This document shows, piece by piece, positions 11,481 to 25,224 of a stretch of DNA of 64,000 nt. Position 1 is the first letter of the stretch. Every line of letters starts with the position of its first letter. The notes under the pieces are model-generated. The model was not told the DNA's origin. It made no database searches and saw only the letters and a list, made by a program, of their open reading frames with translations. This stretch comes from Octopus sinensis (lineage: Eukaryota): the NCBI RefSeq assembly GCF_006345805.1, contig NC_042998.1, forward strand, positions 29,140,001-29,204,000, given 5' to 3'. A program made the translations under genes and the position numbers.

Positions 11481-13466
11481 TAGGTCCCGGGTTGATTCGG
11501 GGTTAACCACAGTAAATAAGGTACTCAATACATAGCAGAGTAAAATTAATTTATTATTAATTTATTATATAGAAGAATTCTTGTCAGCATTTTTTCTACA
11601 TATATATATATATATATATTCGCTTTTATGCGTGTGTATTGATGCTGCAGAAGTATTTGATACTAAGTATGTTAGGTTTTTCAAAATTGCATTGACTGTA
11701 AAATGCCATTCGTATTTTGATTAGAAAAGTCACCCAGACAATCTGCACTTTAAAGATTATGAAAAAGTAAAATGGCATCAACGATTCAAAAGAAATGTCT
11801 AAAAGAAAGCGTTTTCTATCCATATCACATAGATATAATGCAACAAAACAGTAGTTTTTTAGAAATTAATTCTTTTAATACTACTTGCTTACGATCCGTA
11901 CGTTTTGTTTCTTTTTCGATTTATTCAGATATTTGTTTTTATTGGTATCATATATGGAACAAATTACATAAAATGTATTATAGAACTTTCTGTATAGATG
12001 TATATGTAAAGCTATGAAACGTAAACAAATTTTAAAAAGGTATTGAATAAAAAGAAAATGAGAAAAATCAAGATATATGCTCTGTGAATTGATGTTACCT
12101 CGAACCAAAATGTAAAAAAGAAATTTTATTTGCTAAAAGTAATATTGTTCAGCACATGGCGCTGCAATGTTATGCTCAGGGGAGCATATTCTAAAGTATT
12201 TGATCATTAGTTTGCAGATGAATGCAATGTATACACACACACATGCATACATGAAGATACACACTAAAAACAGCGAGAAATAATGGGGCATGTTCTATAA
12301 AAGAACATAGCAATAAATGTTAGCATGAAATATTAAAAAAAATATATAATTTCTCTTCTTACGAAATAAAAAGTAAAACAGAAATCACTCAACGCTGTAC
12401 TTCCAGGTCAATGAACAAATTCCTCGCCTGACTTTTAATTTTCTTTTTCGATTCGCTTTCCCGTAAATTTTCCCATCAACGTCAGAATATTTCTTTTCCA
12501 AATTTCCACAAGCTTTTGTTCACTTTTAACATATCAACTTCTAATACTGTCTCTAGTTTACATTTTATCTTTTAATTTGAATTATTGCTTCTTTTCATCG
12601 TATTTTTCTATATTTTTCTATACCTACGTATTTATCAATTTTTTTTTACATTTAGTTTTGCTTCATTTTGGATATATCTTGGTTCACTATTTTAACTTTG
12701 TTATTTTGCTTTCTAACTGCTGCAATATTACACAAATGATATAATGGAAAGAAGAAAAGAACAAAAGAAAAGTTAATGATGATTGGAAAGGAAAAAAATT
12801 AGATCTACATAGATGATAGTGATTTATTTAAACCGTCATTATTCTAAATAGTGACATTTATTTAATTCCGATTAATCATTTGATGTTCAAAGGCATCAGC
12901 AGGAGCTACGACTGTAAAGTACACGAGGAAAAACATGATAGCAATTAGGAAGAAAAAAAACCATGAATGGAAAGAAGAAAAAAAGTCCAAGAAAGATAGC
13001 ATCAGAAACGAACAATACCAGCGCAGCACAAGACGAAAAGATGGAAATAAAAATAGAAAGCAAAACAATAAGCAAAAATATATCAAGTTCGTTTTTAAAG
13101 ATGGCTGTGTAGTATCTGATCCGTTCGAACTGCACGACAATAGCATGTCGTTAGAAATGCAGTGAACTAGTAGGTGGCTCTCTGGAAACCCGTAACCAAT
13201 GTTATTGTTCATCAAATGTCATAACCGAAAATAACACATAAACAAAAACTCAAGATATATTAACCAACAAAATGAATTATTTTTCGTCATTTTATATAGT
13301 CTTTAAGAAAGAGAGAATCTTGGAACGAAGTGCAGTCATGATAAACCGCAATTTTAATTGATGTATCAAACATGAAGTAAACGCATTCAGTTATCTTGTG
13401 TCTTTAAACTAACCGAAACACTCAGTATTTGTTGAATTATCCCTATAAATTCTATACAGTCCTATA

Positions 13467-13917
<451 letters not shown>

Positions 13918-14147
13918 CCTAATTATTCTTGCTGGTTCATTGCATTATGTTGTGCCTTGATCAATGAGACCAATGAATAAAGGTAGCCTTAGTAGAGACC
14001 ATGGCAATTGTTTTCAGGAGCAATGTTATGTGATGCCCTTCTTTTCTAAAACGGCGATTTCATTGCTATTTTTAGCAGATCATGCAATTGCACAGAGTCT
14101 ATCTCTTTGGTCTACGCTGATTTGTTTGTAGGCAATGGCAATATGTG

Positions 14148-14161
14148 GTTGTCATGGTAAC
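14148..14161. promoter_or_regulatory. RFX X-box-like motif
   Basis: GTTGTCATGGTAAC matches GTHNYYATRRNAAC exactly; a weaker GAGACCATGGCAAT lies about 135 bp upstream. One match is not far from chance in 64 kb. Confidence 0.25.
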
Positions 14162-15915
14162 TTAACATTTCTAAAGCTGACCAGCTTCTAAACTAAAAGA
14201 GATGGTAGTATGGCCAGAATTTTTGTTTATTAAACTTGGAAACTGGCAAACAATTCGATTTTATTTAATCGCAGCTGATCGTGAAGTGACTTTAGTAACT
14301 TTGCCAGTAACAAAACTATTCTCAAAAACAGATTAATCTATCAAGTACCGGCCAACAAACAATTCTAATCGCCGAAAGCGTACACAAAGACAGCAGCTTT
14401 GGTTAGTCTCAATGTTCCGGCTGATTGTGGTTGAAGAAATACACCAGTGTCCAAGAATGCCGTGCACCAACGAAATGAGTTTGTTGAAGACACAGTTTCC
14501 CAAAAGGGAGAAGTAGTTGTTCTAAGACTTGCACTACAGCGCCTAGCATATTTTGCGTCTGAACCTGCCTTGATGCGCTAAGAATATAATATATAAATAT
14601 TCGTAAAATTACTTAATCTGAAAGTCGATTTTATATGTTGGGCTTAATTACTAGAACTCTAAATAAGTAGAACTTACCTAAATTAGAATGGTTACACGGT
14701 TTAAACTCACCATTTATACGATTCATCGTTATGAGGTCAAATACTTTGTATTACATGAAATAAGTCAGTATTTGTGGCAAATATCTTGTCATAATCTCGA
14801 GTTGACCCAAACACTAAGAAAATATTTGGTAGACGAAAACTGCATAGAAACATGTTAGAACATACTTGCTCTTGCGAGGTGGACCTAATCCAAAGTTCTG
14901 AGTCAGCGCTATTGGAAGCATTCAGGTCAAATTTCCAGTACGAGTACAAGCTCTTTTCTTACCCGTCACCACCAGTTTCGTAAACTCGGTAAAATTTCAT
15001 AGGTACTGTTTTTCATTTTCTGACTAAGTAATTATATATATATATACAGTTTTACTTTGATCATTTTAAAAACATACATTATAAAGCGAAACAAATAATA
15101 TAAACAAAAAATTTGAATAAAGTCTGGGTCAGACCAAAATTCTTGTCAATTTTATATTAAAAATTTCTAAAATTTGCGTCTTAATTTTAATAATTTTTAG
15201 AGTATGAGAGAAGAAATATTAAAAGAAAAACATTGAAATCAGTCTATGTAGCTAAGACTGCGTTGGTGTTATGATTAGAATTCCAACATTGACATTAAAC
15301 CCACTGTCTGTGCTGGCTTCTAATAATGAAGCAACTACTTTGAAATAATCAATAAATTTTTAACACTTCAGATTTTTACTAGATGTCCTTTACTTATATG
15401 GTAATTTCAGATATTCATTCGGTATCTGTGAGAAAGTGTTTGTCTAGCTCAGCCTTTTAAAAAGCAAATAATAAACTTTTTCCTTCCTGTTAAAGTGTAA
15501 AGTGTGCAAATTCATTAACCAAATAATGTTTTTCTTGTTTGTGTAAGTGATCAACATATTTAGGATTAAATGATAGAACGTTACTGCAATAACAGGAAAG
15601 TTGAATTAATGATGTCAAAGATTAGTAAAAAAATTCTTCAGTTGCTATGAAAATATAGAGAATATTTCCCGAGAGAATTTAGATAAGCAATTCATTTTAA
15701 CCCTCTACAAATTTCCTTTATTCTTACAAAGGACATTTTCAAATCGATCATGTCTAATTGTCACTACCCACCCTCAATATCATGATCATCATCACCAACA
15801 TCATCATCTCTATCGCTGTCATTATCTTGGTTTTACTTGGATGGCGAATTCATGAAAACACTCTGGTTTATGATTCCCTATTCCTAACTGGAAACAGCTA
15901 AAATGAATTATTATA

Positions 15916-16146
15916 TATTTCTCTGCTACCCACAAGGGGCTAAACACAGAGGGGACAAACAAGGACAGAAACACTGTTTAAGTCGATTACCTCGACCCCA
16001 GTGCGTAACTGACACTTAATCGACCCCGAAAGGATGAAAGGCAAAGTCGACCTCGGCGGAATATGAACTCAGAACGTAACGGCAGACGAAACACGGCTAC
16101 GTATTTCGCCCGGCGTGCTAACGTTTCTGCCAGCTCACTGCCTTCG
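15916..16146 (-). mobile_element. SINE family A, full length, 16-bp TSD
   Basis: AAAATGAATTATTATA at 15900-15915 and 16147-16162 flanks a complete copy. Confidence 0.93.
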
Positions 16147-16390
16147 AAAATGAATTATTATAGTTACTATGCATTATAAGTGAACACTGCTTCCTTTCTT
16201 TTTCTATCAACATATTCAATTTGGAAAGGAAAACCATGTTTATTTAAATCAAAGCAATTTTACTAATGGATATATGGTGATCGTCTTTTATTCAGTTTCC
16301 AGTTTACCTTTTTTACTGTTATAGGAACACAGATCTTAATCTTTACACCTATTTATGCCATCGTTCACGTTTCCATTTAAGCAATTTGTC

Positions 16391-16782
16391 TTACTTTTTT
16401 ACTTGTTTCAATCATTTGGCTGTGGCCATGCTGGAGCACCGCCTTTAGTCGAGCAAATCGACCTCAGGACTTATTCTTTGTAAGCCTAGTACTTATCCTA
16501 TCGGTCCTTTTTTGCCGAACCGCTAAGTTACGGGGACATAAACACACCAGCATCAGTTGGGGAGACAAACACAGACACACAAACATATACACACACACAC
16601 ACACACACATATATATACATATTTACGACGGGCTTCTTTCAGTTTCCGTCTACGAAGTCCACTCACAAGGCTTTGCTCGGACCGTGGCTATAGTAGAAGA
16701 CACTTGCCCAAGATGCCACGCAGTGGGACTGAACCGGAAACCATGTTGTTCGTAAACAAGCTACTTACCACACAGCCACTCA
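16391..16782 (-). mobile_element. SINE family B, full length
   Basis: Reverse complement of the 13467-13917 element, head to tail. Confidence 0.92.
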
Positions 16783-16994
16783 TACAATTTTCTTCCAACT
16801 AAGAGCAATGTTCTTAATTTTTAGCAGAGAGAAAATGCAGTACGTGGATATTCATTCTTTTATTTTAAAGCTAATAATATCACGTGAATGAAAGGAAATG
16901 GCATTACACAAGAATGAGCCTTTCCGTTGTATTTGTTTTAGTACGATGTTTTACGAGATCTACGGTGCTCTATGTTTGTTTTTAATATTGTTTT

Positions 16995-17520
16995 TAACAA
17001 AGGCACAGAATCTGAAATTTGTGGGGAGAGGTTAGCCGATTGAATCGATCTCTCCACCGTACGTCACCAGTACATTTTATCGATCCTAAAAGGATGAAAG
17101 GTGGGGGCGCAATGGCCCAGTGGTTAGGGCAGCGAACTCGCGGTCGGAGGATCTCGGTTTCAATGCCTAGTCCGGGCGGTGTGTGTTTATTGAGCGAGAG
17201 CACCTAAAACTCCACGAGGCTCCGGCAGGGGGTGGTGGCGACTCCTGTTGTACTCTTTCCTCCCAACTTTCTCTCACTCTTTCTTCCTGTTTCTTGAGTA
17301 ACGCTGCGATGGACTGCCGTCCCGTCCAGCTGGAGGGGGACACATACGCCACGGAAATCGGGAAACCGGGTCCATGAGCCTGATTAGGCTTGAAAAGGGC
17401 GCATAAAAAAGGATGAAATGAAAGTTGATCTCAGCGTCATTTGAACTCGGAACCAAACGAGCTGCTGGATGAAATGCCGCAAATGCTTTATCCAAAACTC
17501 CAGCGATTTTACCAATCCAC
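16995..17520 (-). mobile_element. Old SINE family A copy interrupted by a younger SINE
   Basis: Core TTTTATCGATCCTAAAAGGATGAAA resumes after the insert as AAAAGGATGAAATGAAAGTTGATCTCAGCGTCATTTGAACTC. Confidence 0.75.
17100..17406 (+). mobile_element. tRNA-derived SINE family C inserted with a 12-bp TSD
   Basis: A-box TGGCCCAGTGG, B-box-like GGTTTCAATGCC, block GCTGCGATGGACTGCCGTCCCGTCCAG, A-rich end; TSD AAAAGGATGAAA at 17088-17099 and 17407-17418. Confidence 0.88.
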
Positions 17521-17571
17521 AACAATTATGTTCCGTTTTATTTTATATTATAAAACAAATATAGGAGGCGA

Positions 17572-17750
17572 GCTGGCACAATTATCAGAGCGTCGGGCAA
17601 AGTGTCCAGAAGCGTTTCCTCCGGTTCATTAGATTCTGTGTTCAAATAACATAAAGTTCCAGTCCTGTACTGGTGTTAACGTGATCGACTTGCACAGTTT
17701 TCTAAAAAAAGAAGGCTGGCCTTATGCCAAAATTAGTTAGAATTCTAGAA
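17572..17750 (+). mobile_element. Highly decayed SINE family A
   Basis: GGAGGCGAGCTGGCACAA head, GTGTTCAAAT B-box remnant, CTGGTG...GATCGACT. Confidence 0.6.
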
Positions 17751-18639
17751 AACAAGTCTGTTCTCGCCAAGAACAGCAGTTGTTTCTATAAAGATACTAA
17801 AAGTTGTGTTATAAAAATGTTTCTGCGGAAGAAATTTTTTTTTAGACAACCTTGTGATTTTTAGGTTCCATTATACTAACAGGCTTAGTCAATCGATTAT
17901 TAGTTCCATCTGTATGGGCAGCTGAAATGGCATCGACTCTTCAGAACAATTGCAGAATGCTTTAAAAAAAGATAATGTAAAAATGGTTTACGGTAAAAGA
18001 TATTTATAGTTCAAAGCGAAATGTACTTGTTAACTGTGGCAAAATATTACTTCAGCTATGTTTTGTGGGTGGATTTCTGGTATTTTGTTTAAATAAAAAG
18101 CAATTCTGTTCTGCTCGTCTACATTTTGCGAAAGTTATTATATTCATTTCGTTTTAAGTAGAATTATAATATGATCGATCAGTTCATCAAAACTATAATA
18201 ATTTGAAAGAATCATTTTAATTATAGAATTGAAAGCTAATTTCCTTTTCGGATTCAAGAAGAACGGAAAGGAGGGAAAAAAGAAAAGCAAAGCAAAGCAA
18301 AAAAAATAATATGAAGTTTTGAAATAGAGAAGGCAGATAAAATTAGATAAATAAAAGCCATACTAGAAATAATACAAAGAGACAGAAATAGAGATGGGAA
18401 GATGAAGTGAACTGTAGTTATTGAAAAGGAAAAATTAAGTCAGAAATATTAATGCGAAAATAGACGTAAACGGAAACATGAGAGCGATAGGCTAGTGCTG
18501 TAAAGGGCTACTAAGAGAGAAAAGGGAGGAATGGAAAATAATTTGATTTTGGTTAATGCATATGTTGAACCATATCGGAAAATTTAATCATGTTTTTCTA
18601 GCTGTTATGCAAGGTTTTGTTTATACATTTACATAACGT

Positions 18640-18875
18640 TACCAATTAGACCAATTTTTACTGAACAAGCAGACCTATAGTGATAGGCATTTCGCATTTG
18701 ACTATCCTATCTTTGTTTTTCAGACGGAGATTACTGTGGGATACATTATTTAGCTGTGTCCTACCTTTTTATGTGTTTCTTTTCAAAAATAGGGTATAAT
18801 TTGAAGACGAACTGGCAGTTATTTTTAGCAGGCCTAGCGATCGCGCAGAAGCTCCCGTGTTGGCTAGATCGATGA
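18640..18875. repeat. Old interspersed repeat, related to 32790-32995
   Basis: Shared blocks such as TGGCAGTTATTTTTAGCAGG vs TGGCTGCTATTTCTAGCAGG, and GAACAAGCAGACC vs ACCAAGCAAAC. Confidence 0.5.
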
Positions 18876-19948
18876 AAGCACTATATAATTCTGTTAACGA
18901 GTAATACTCTGCTTAAACTGTAGAAATAAATTCGAGAGTAGAATTCATTTACAGTATTGAATAATTCTTCACTAGTTTTAAAATCAAGTAATATTACTAT
19001 TATAATGTCTAATAATGCTAGTATTGATTGCAAGTTGTTAGCTGCGTGGGAAGTACTTTCGATAGAATTAGTGCTTGAATGTCTGATATAAGCAATCAAT
19101 AATACCATACGGAGGGAAATGTTGATTCGCTTCGATAGCTTATGGAAATTTTCAGAATAGCCAAGTAGCCTCTGACCTTCTACATCAATGTTGATCAGAT
19201 TGCCAGTCTTAGATTTCCTCACATTATCATACAGATCAGTTAAGGTTGTTTTCCTCTTATCTCAAACGTCCGCGAAATGATATATGAAGTTGATTACTTT
19301 CAAAAGTTTTCTCCTCTAATGTATTTTGCTGAATAATTCTAATAAATGGAAAATATCAAATGTTTCTAGTTGTAACGGATGTAACTAATGATCGCTTTTA
19401 TTGCAAAGTGTATAACTATAAAAATTTACATAGAATTTATAAGCAAAAAGTATTTTTCATTACCTAGCAAGATACAAATAATTTGAACAATCTATTAAAG
19501 AATAATTTAAATTTACACATAACTAACCATCAACTTGGTTATTGTAAACATATTGATAATGATTTTAATTTTGCAAACGTCAACATTACGTTCGTCACTA
19601 CATTTTATTATTTTAATAATGGCCGTTTTATTTCTTGTTCTGGTGTATATAATGGCATCTAGCGTACATGAAATACATAGGTATTTCAAGAATTAATTAC
19701 ATATAATAAATGTATAGAGATGTTATATATAGAGAGGTTACATTAATGTGTAGTATATTCGCGAACCGTTTACATTAAATAATAAATCAATGATTATGAT
19801 TAGGATTATAAAAATTCTCGTAAGAACAGACTCCCATAACATTTTAACTATCAAGTGTTATTCTGATTAGTTAACAAATAACTAGTCAATACAAATGTGT
19901 TAAATGTTACGAATGAATGTTCACAAATGGAAATATATTATGCATATT

Positions 19949-20181
19949 AAGGCGGCGAGCTGGCAGAAACATTAGCACGCTGGGCGAAATGCGTAGCCGT
20001 ATTTCGTCTGCCGTTACGTTCTGAGTTAAAATTCCGCCGAGGTCGACTTTGCCTTTCATCCTTTCGGGGTCGATGAATAAAGTACCAGTTTCGCACTGGG
20101 GTCGATGTAATCGAGTTAATCCCTTTGTCTGTCCTTGTTTGTCCCCTCTATGTTTAACCCCTTGTGAGCAGTAAAGAAATA
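19949..20181 (+). mobile_element. SINE family A, full length
   Basis: Complete head, core and tail; near-TSD ATATTATGCATAT / ATATTCTGCATAT. Confidence 0.92.
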
Positions 20182-21450
20182 TATATTCTGCATATACCAT
20201 CTGGAAATTTAGGATTTGGAAGTCGCGAGTTGCTTTCATTCTTGTCATTTTATTTGTATGTATACTATTCTATTTTATAAGTCTTGAATAGATTAGTCAC
20301 TTGCTATTTCTTCTTTTAAGAGGAAAGCGAAAGGATCTTTTTGTGTCAGAATTTAAGCAAATAGTTGACGTAAAAACGAAGTGACTGAGGTTTGTTTTTT
20401 AATCAGGAATTATACTCCAAGTGAGTTATCTGTGTCTGTTAGATTACAACGGAAACTGCTGTGGATTGCGGAACACGGAAATTTTGTTTGATATATTCAA
20501 ACTATACATGGTTATGAAAACTATTAAAACTATTAATTTGCATCTATTTATGATGTTTTCATTTGTATCGAAAGTTAACATGTATTTTATGTGTTATAAC
20601 CATAGTTTACTGTTCAATGTTTCTCTATCATTAAGTTATCCATAAATTAATTTATCTATAAAGCCAGGCCATAAAAGGAAAATGATATCGAAATGTGTGG
20701 AAATAGTTTATTAAATTATACACGGGCGTTACTAGCCCCCTACCGCCATTACTACTACAACTATATTAAAAGAACATTTTATTGTATAAACAGTTTTGAT
20801 AAATTTGGGCACCCTACCTTAGATAAAATAAAATTAATGTTAATATTATTCAAATAATCTTTAAAAGCAAAAATTCAAAAGCTTTTGAAATGTATTCCAA
20901 AAATATTTTCAAGAACTTGCAGAACATGAAACGAAAAGTATAAAGATACGAAAAGTTGATTTATTAAAATTATTCTTTGATATTCCAAAATTATAAAATT
21001 AATGTCTGTGAATTCCTGACTTCTAAATATCTCAATGCATAAATGACACATCTAAGTAACTGGCACTAACGGCATCCAACATTCCCTTGCATGAAAATCA
21101 TTGCAATTTAAATATTTTCAAAAGCGATTCTTTTCTGTTTTTTTTTTAATATTTTAGAATATATTTCCTATATCTACACTTTGGTATACACACGGAAGAA
21201 AAAAATGTACTCGACTCACGAAGTAGAGTATATCCGTTTGAACCTAATGATTCTCTTTGTAGTTACCAAGTTTTCTCATCATGTGTGACCTGTCAGTTGT
21301 CAGATATTTATAAATAGCATTAAACGTTAAAAATTTATAAACAACAAATTGGACGATGAATGGGTGAATGAATGAATGAATGAATAGAGACTCCATAGCC
21401 AACGTAGTTTCCTGCTGCATATTCCTTCTATCATTCCCTTATTCCATAAT

Positions 21451-21680
21451 GTGGATGTGCGTGGCTTAGTGGTTAGGGTGTTGGACTCACGATCGTAAGA
21501 TTGTAGTATCGATTCCTAGCCCGGGCGGCGCGTTGTGTTGTGTTCCTGAGTAAAGCACTTCATATCATCACCTTGCAGGCAAAAATGAATAATTCTGCGA
21601 CGGACCTGCGTCCCGTCCCAGTGGGGAATATATACGACATTGAAACCGCGAAACCGGCCCTGAAGGACTCGAGAAAAAAA
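21451..21680 (+). mobile_element. SINE family C-related copy
   Basis: GCGTGGCTTAGTGGTTAGGGTG head, TCGATTCC B-box, CTGCGACGGACCTGCGTCCCGTCC block, A tail. Confidence 0.8.
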
Positions 21681-21781
21681 CTTTACTGCTTTACTTTTTA
21701 TTACACTCCGAAATATCTTGGCATAAAATTATATACAAATAACCCTAGAGAAAAAAATGCAGTTATGCAGAGGCGTGGTTG

Positions 21782-21965
21782 TGTTGTAAGAAGCTAGGAT
21801 ATCCAGAGGTAAAGCAGTACGATCGTTTCAAGCGACTCCATTTAATTGAACAATGAAACCATTGCATTAATTTAAATTAATGCAATGGTTTCATTGTTCA
21901 ATTAAATGGAGTCGCTTGAAACGATCGTACTGCTTTACCTCTGGATATCCTAGCTTCTTACAACA
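21782..21965. repeat. Perfect 184-bp palindrome (92-bp arms, no spacer)
   Basis: Centre TTAATTT|AAATTAA between 21873 and 21874; arms complementary out to 21782/21965; each strand carries GAAACGATCGTA. Confidence 0.95.
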
Positions 21966-22267
21966 ATAACATACAATAACATAATAAATATATCACTATT
22001 AATTACAAAAAACAATAAAATTAAACAACCTATTCTATACCCAAATATAAATATACATATCCAAGAATGTAAGGAGACAGACAAAAATTTAATTTATAGT
22101 CTTGTTTATCAAATCCTAGTATATCAAAATCTAAGGCCAGGGAACAATGAGCAGTGTCTGTTAGGAAAGGGGCTGAGGGAGTCCACAGAAATCATAGTGG
22201 GTATAGTCATAAAACTATCAAAATTAATTTGAAGCAATATGAGATTTGGTAAAAGATATATATATAG

Positions 22268-22334
<67 letters not shown>

Positions 22335-22336
<2 letters not shown>

Positions 22337-22492
22337 GGTGCGTGTTAAGAAGCTTGCTTCCTAACCATATGATCAGTCCCAGTGAGTGGCACCTTCGGCA
22401 AGTGTCTTCTACTGTAGCCTCGGACCGACCAAAGCCGTGAGTGGATTTGGTAAACGGAAACTGAACGAGGCCCGTCGTGTGTGTATATATAT

Positions 22493-22525
<33 letters not shown>

Positions 22526-22580
22526 ACCCCACCATCGCTTGATAACCGATGTTGCACGGAAACTTGGGCAAGTGTCTTTT
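22335..22580 (+). mobile_element. SINE family B, partial
   Basis: GGCACCTTCGGCAAGTGTCTTCTACTGTAGCCTCGG...GGAAACTGAACGAGGCCCGTCG. Confidence 0.85.
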
Positions 22581-23064
22581 ATTAAATCCTTGTGTTGGTT
22601 AAAGTCGCTAAAATAATATTTTACGGAAGGATATCGTGTGGAAGCCGTCAGAAGACAAGGTTCTGCTAGAAACTCAACCCACCACCTAGTTCACCTAAAC
22701 TACCCGGCGTTGGAACAAAATGTCCAATTTGTGGCAAACTTCTTGAAAGTGGTCAGAGACACTACGTTTCTTCCTCTGGCGAAACTATATCAATAAATGT
22801 AACATTAACAAAGACGCGAATATAAGCTAAATCAACCGTGACATATCTATAAATAACGATTTGGGATCGAAAACAAACCATGAATTCCCTAATGAGAATT
22901 AAATTAAACATCTCTCGCGTACTAAATAAAAATACTGTTATTAACACAGCAAACAAAAAAAAAATCGCAGCCGTTTCCTCTTAATTTAAATTTGCTTGCC
23001 TAAACTCAGAGTTAAATTTATACAAGATCGAGAAAACCGTAAATGTATTAATTTAGTATTTATC

Positions 23065-23263
23065 TTTTATCTTTTACTTGTTTCAGTTATTTAACTGCGG
23101 CCATGCTGGGCCACCGCCTTCCGTACTTATTTTCTGTTTAAGCCTTGTACTTATTCTATCGGTTTCTTTTGCCGAACCGCCACGTCACGGGACTTAAATA
23201 TACCACCACCGAGTGTCAAGCGGTGGAGGGAAACAAGCATAGACGTAAAGACCCACACGAGTG

Positions 23264-23319
<56 letters not shown>

Positions 23320-23459
23320 TATATTCTTTTATTTGTTCTAGTCATTTGAATGCGGCCATGCTGGCGCACCGCCTTTAGTCGAGCAAATCGACCCCAGAAT
23401 TTATTCTTTGTAAGCCTAGTACTTCGTCTATCTGTCCCTTTTGCCGAACAGCTAGATTA

Positions 23460-23524
<65 letters not shown>

Positions 23525-23695
23525 GACGGGCTGCTTTCAGTTTCCGCCTATCAATCCACTCATAAGGCTTTGGTCAACCCGAGAGGTATATAATAAAAGA
23601 CACTTGCCCGAGATGACACGCAGTGAAAGTGAACCTGGAATCATATGGTTGAGAAGCAAGCTTCTTATCACTCAGCTATGCTTGCGCCTATGCTG
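23065..23695 (-). mobile_element. Two adjacent SINE family B copies (23065-23250 partial; 23325-23695)
   Basis: Two tails ...GCGGCCATGCTGG...CACCGCC; the second continues to the head region GCAAGCTTCTTATCACTCAGC. Confidence 0.85.
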
Positions 23696-24644
23696 GTAAA
23701 TTACAATTTACACCCATCTATCTATCTATATATGTATATATATATATATATTATATATATATATATACATGTGTGTGTGTGTACACACACGCTCACGTCC
23801 GTGCAAACATATTCACATTGAAACTCGTACAGTAGATATATTTCGCATTCAGAAGTACAGAACGAAGTGCATCGCTATCCCAATAGTTACTAAAACTGCT
23901 GCTTTGTGTTCTTGGTACGAAAACTCCCAAGAGATATATTTATCTTTCATTTTGCTGAAAGTTCACCGATGTAGAACTATTATTGATCTATCATTCTTAC
24001 AATCACATCACCGAGGAGCTTCATAAATATCAAAATACAAACTACGAAAGTTCCGATATATAAATTTCCTTTTGCTTTTACGCATGGCTGTATTAGCACA
24101 CACAATTTACTCTCGCAGTCGTTGCCGTTCTCTTCTCTTAACCTCCACCATTTCCCTATCAGCTCCAGATCTCTTCATCATTTCTTATCGAATTCAACTG
24201 TCCTCATACAGTGGATTATGCTCTAGTTCAACCGATCTATAATTAGTCACTCCTTATCAGAACTTCAATCAGATAAATCAAAACGAATCATTGTTCTCTT
24301 CTCCATTATCTCAATTATATGTCAGCTCAGCTTTCCACTGGAACGTTTAGTAACGCGCATTGAAGCAAATTTAGAAATTTGTAATTCCTTTTTCTAACTT
24401 CGGAGCGACTTAAACTTATAATTTATTCTGAGACATCCTCATCATTTATAACCTACATCTGTGCAACCTATCATTCGTTTTCTTCTTCGCCGTTATCAAT
24501 GATTTCAGGAAAGTATGCTTCCACTATTTATGCTATGTAATGGCAAACTATTTTTGATGTTAAAAAGAAATGACAAATTGTTCTCTTGATAGTCATCTCA
24601 GAGAAAAAAAAATTCCAATGCGGACACTTAACATTATATCAAGA

Positions 24645-25160
24645 TAGGCGTAGGCGTGGCTGTGTGGTAAGACAGCCGTAGGAGGTCAGTAAGTGGTAAG
24701 AAATTTGCTTCCCAAATACACGGTTCCGGGTTCAGTCCCACTGTGTGGCCCCTTGGGCAAGTGTCTTCTGCTATAGCCTCGGGCCGAATAAAGCCTTGTC
24801 GGTGGATTTGGTAGACGGAAACTGAACGAAGCCCGTCGTGTATGTATTTCTGTGTGTGCATTTATGTATGTGCATTTACGTGTGTGCATTTACGTGTGTG
24901 CATTTACGTGTGTGCATTTACGTGTGTGCATTTATGTGTGTGCATGCAATGTGTTTGTCCCTCCAACATCGCTTGACAACCGATGCTGGTGTGTTTATAT
25001 CCCCGTAACTTAACGGTTCGGCAAAAGAAAACCGATAGAATAATAGGCTTACAAAGAATAAGTCCTGGGGTCCATTTCTTCGAAGAAAACTCCTCAGGAC
25101 AGTGCTCCAGCATAGCCGCAGTCAAATGACTGCAACATGTAGAAGAATGAAAGAATATGC
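24645..25160 (+). mobile_element. SINE family B with an internal 14-bp tandem repeat (TGTGTGCATTTACG, about 6 units)
   Basis: Full head to tail; tandem unit at about 24850-24940 replaces the usual microsatellite. Confidence 0.88.
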
Positions 25161-25224
25161 ATATATTTTTCAGAATGTACAAGAACAACTGAACAACAAC
25201 AATAATAATAATAATCTTTTCTAT

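Noticed and set aside
12862-13215. 117-aa hydrophobic ORF ending in a signal-peptide-like stretch
   Set aside because: Hydrophobicity comes from T-rich low complexity; no convincing splice sites or homology.
15770-15900. Short Ile-rich transmembrane-like peptide
   Set aside because: Derived from a decayed (ATC)n repeat.
17100-17180. tRNA genes at SINE heads (also 13467, 21451, 63826)
   Set aside because: A/B boxes are present but cloverleaf arms are incomplete and each continues into SINE body and tail.
18881-19222. 113-aa ORF
   Set aside because: Starts at a non-ATG codon, no recognisable motif; a few such stop-free runs are expected by chance in 64 kb.
22690-22810. KCPICGKLLESGQRHY zinc-binding-like peptide
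   Set aside because: Short, bounded by stops, cannot be assigned; too little evidence to call.
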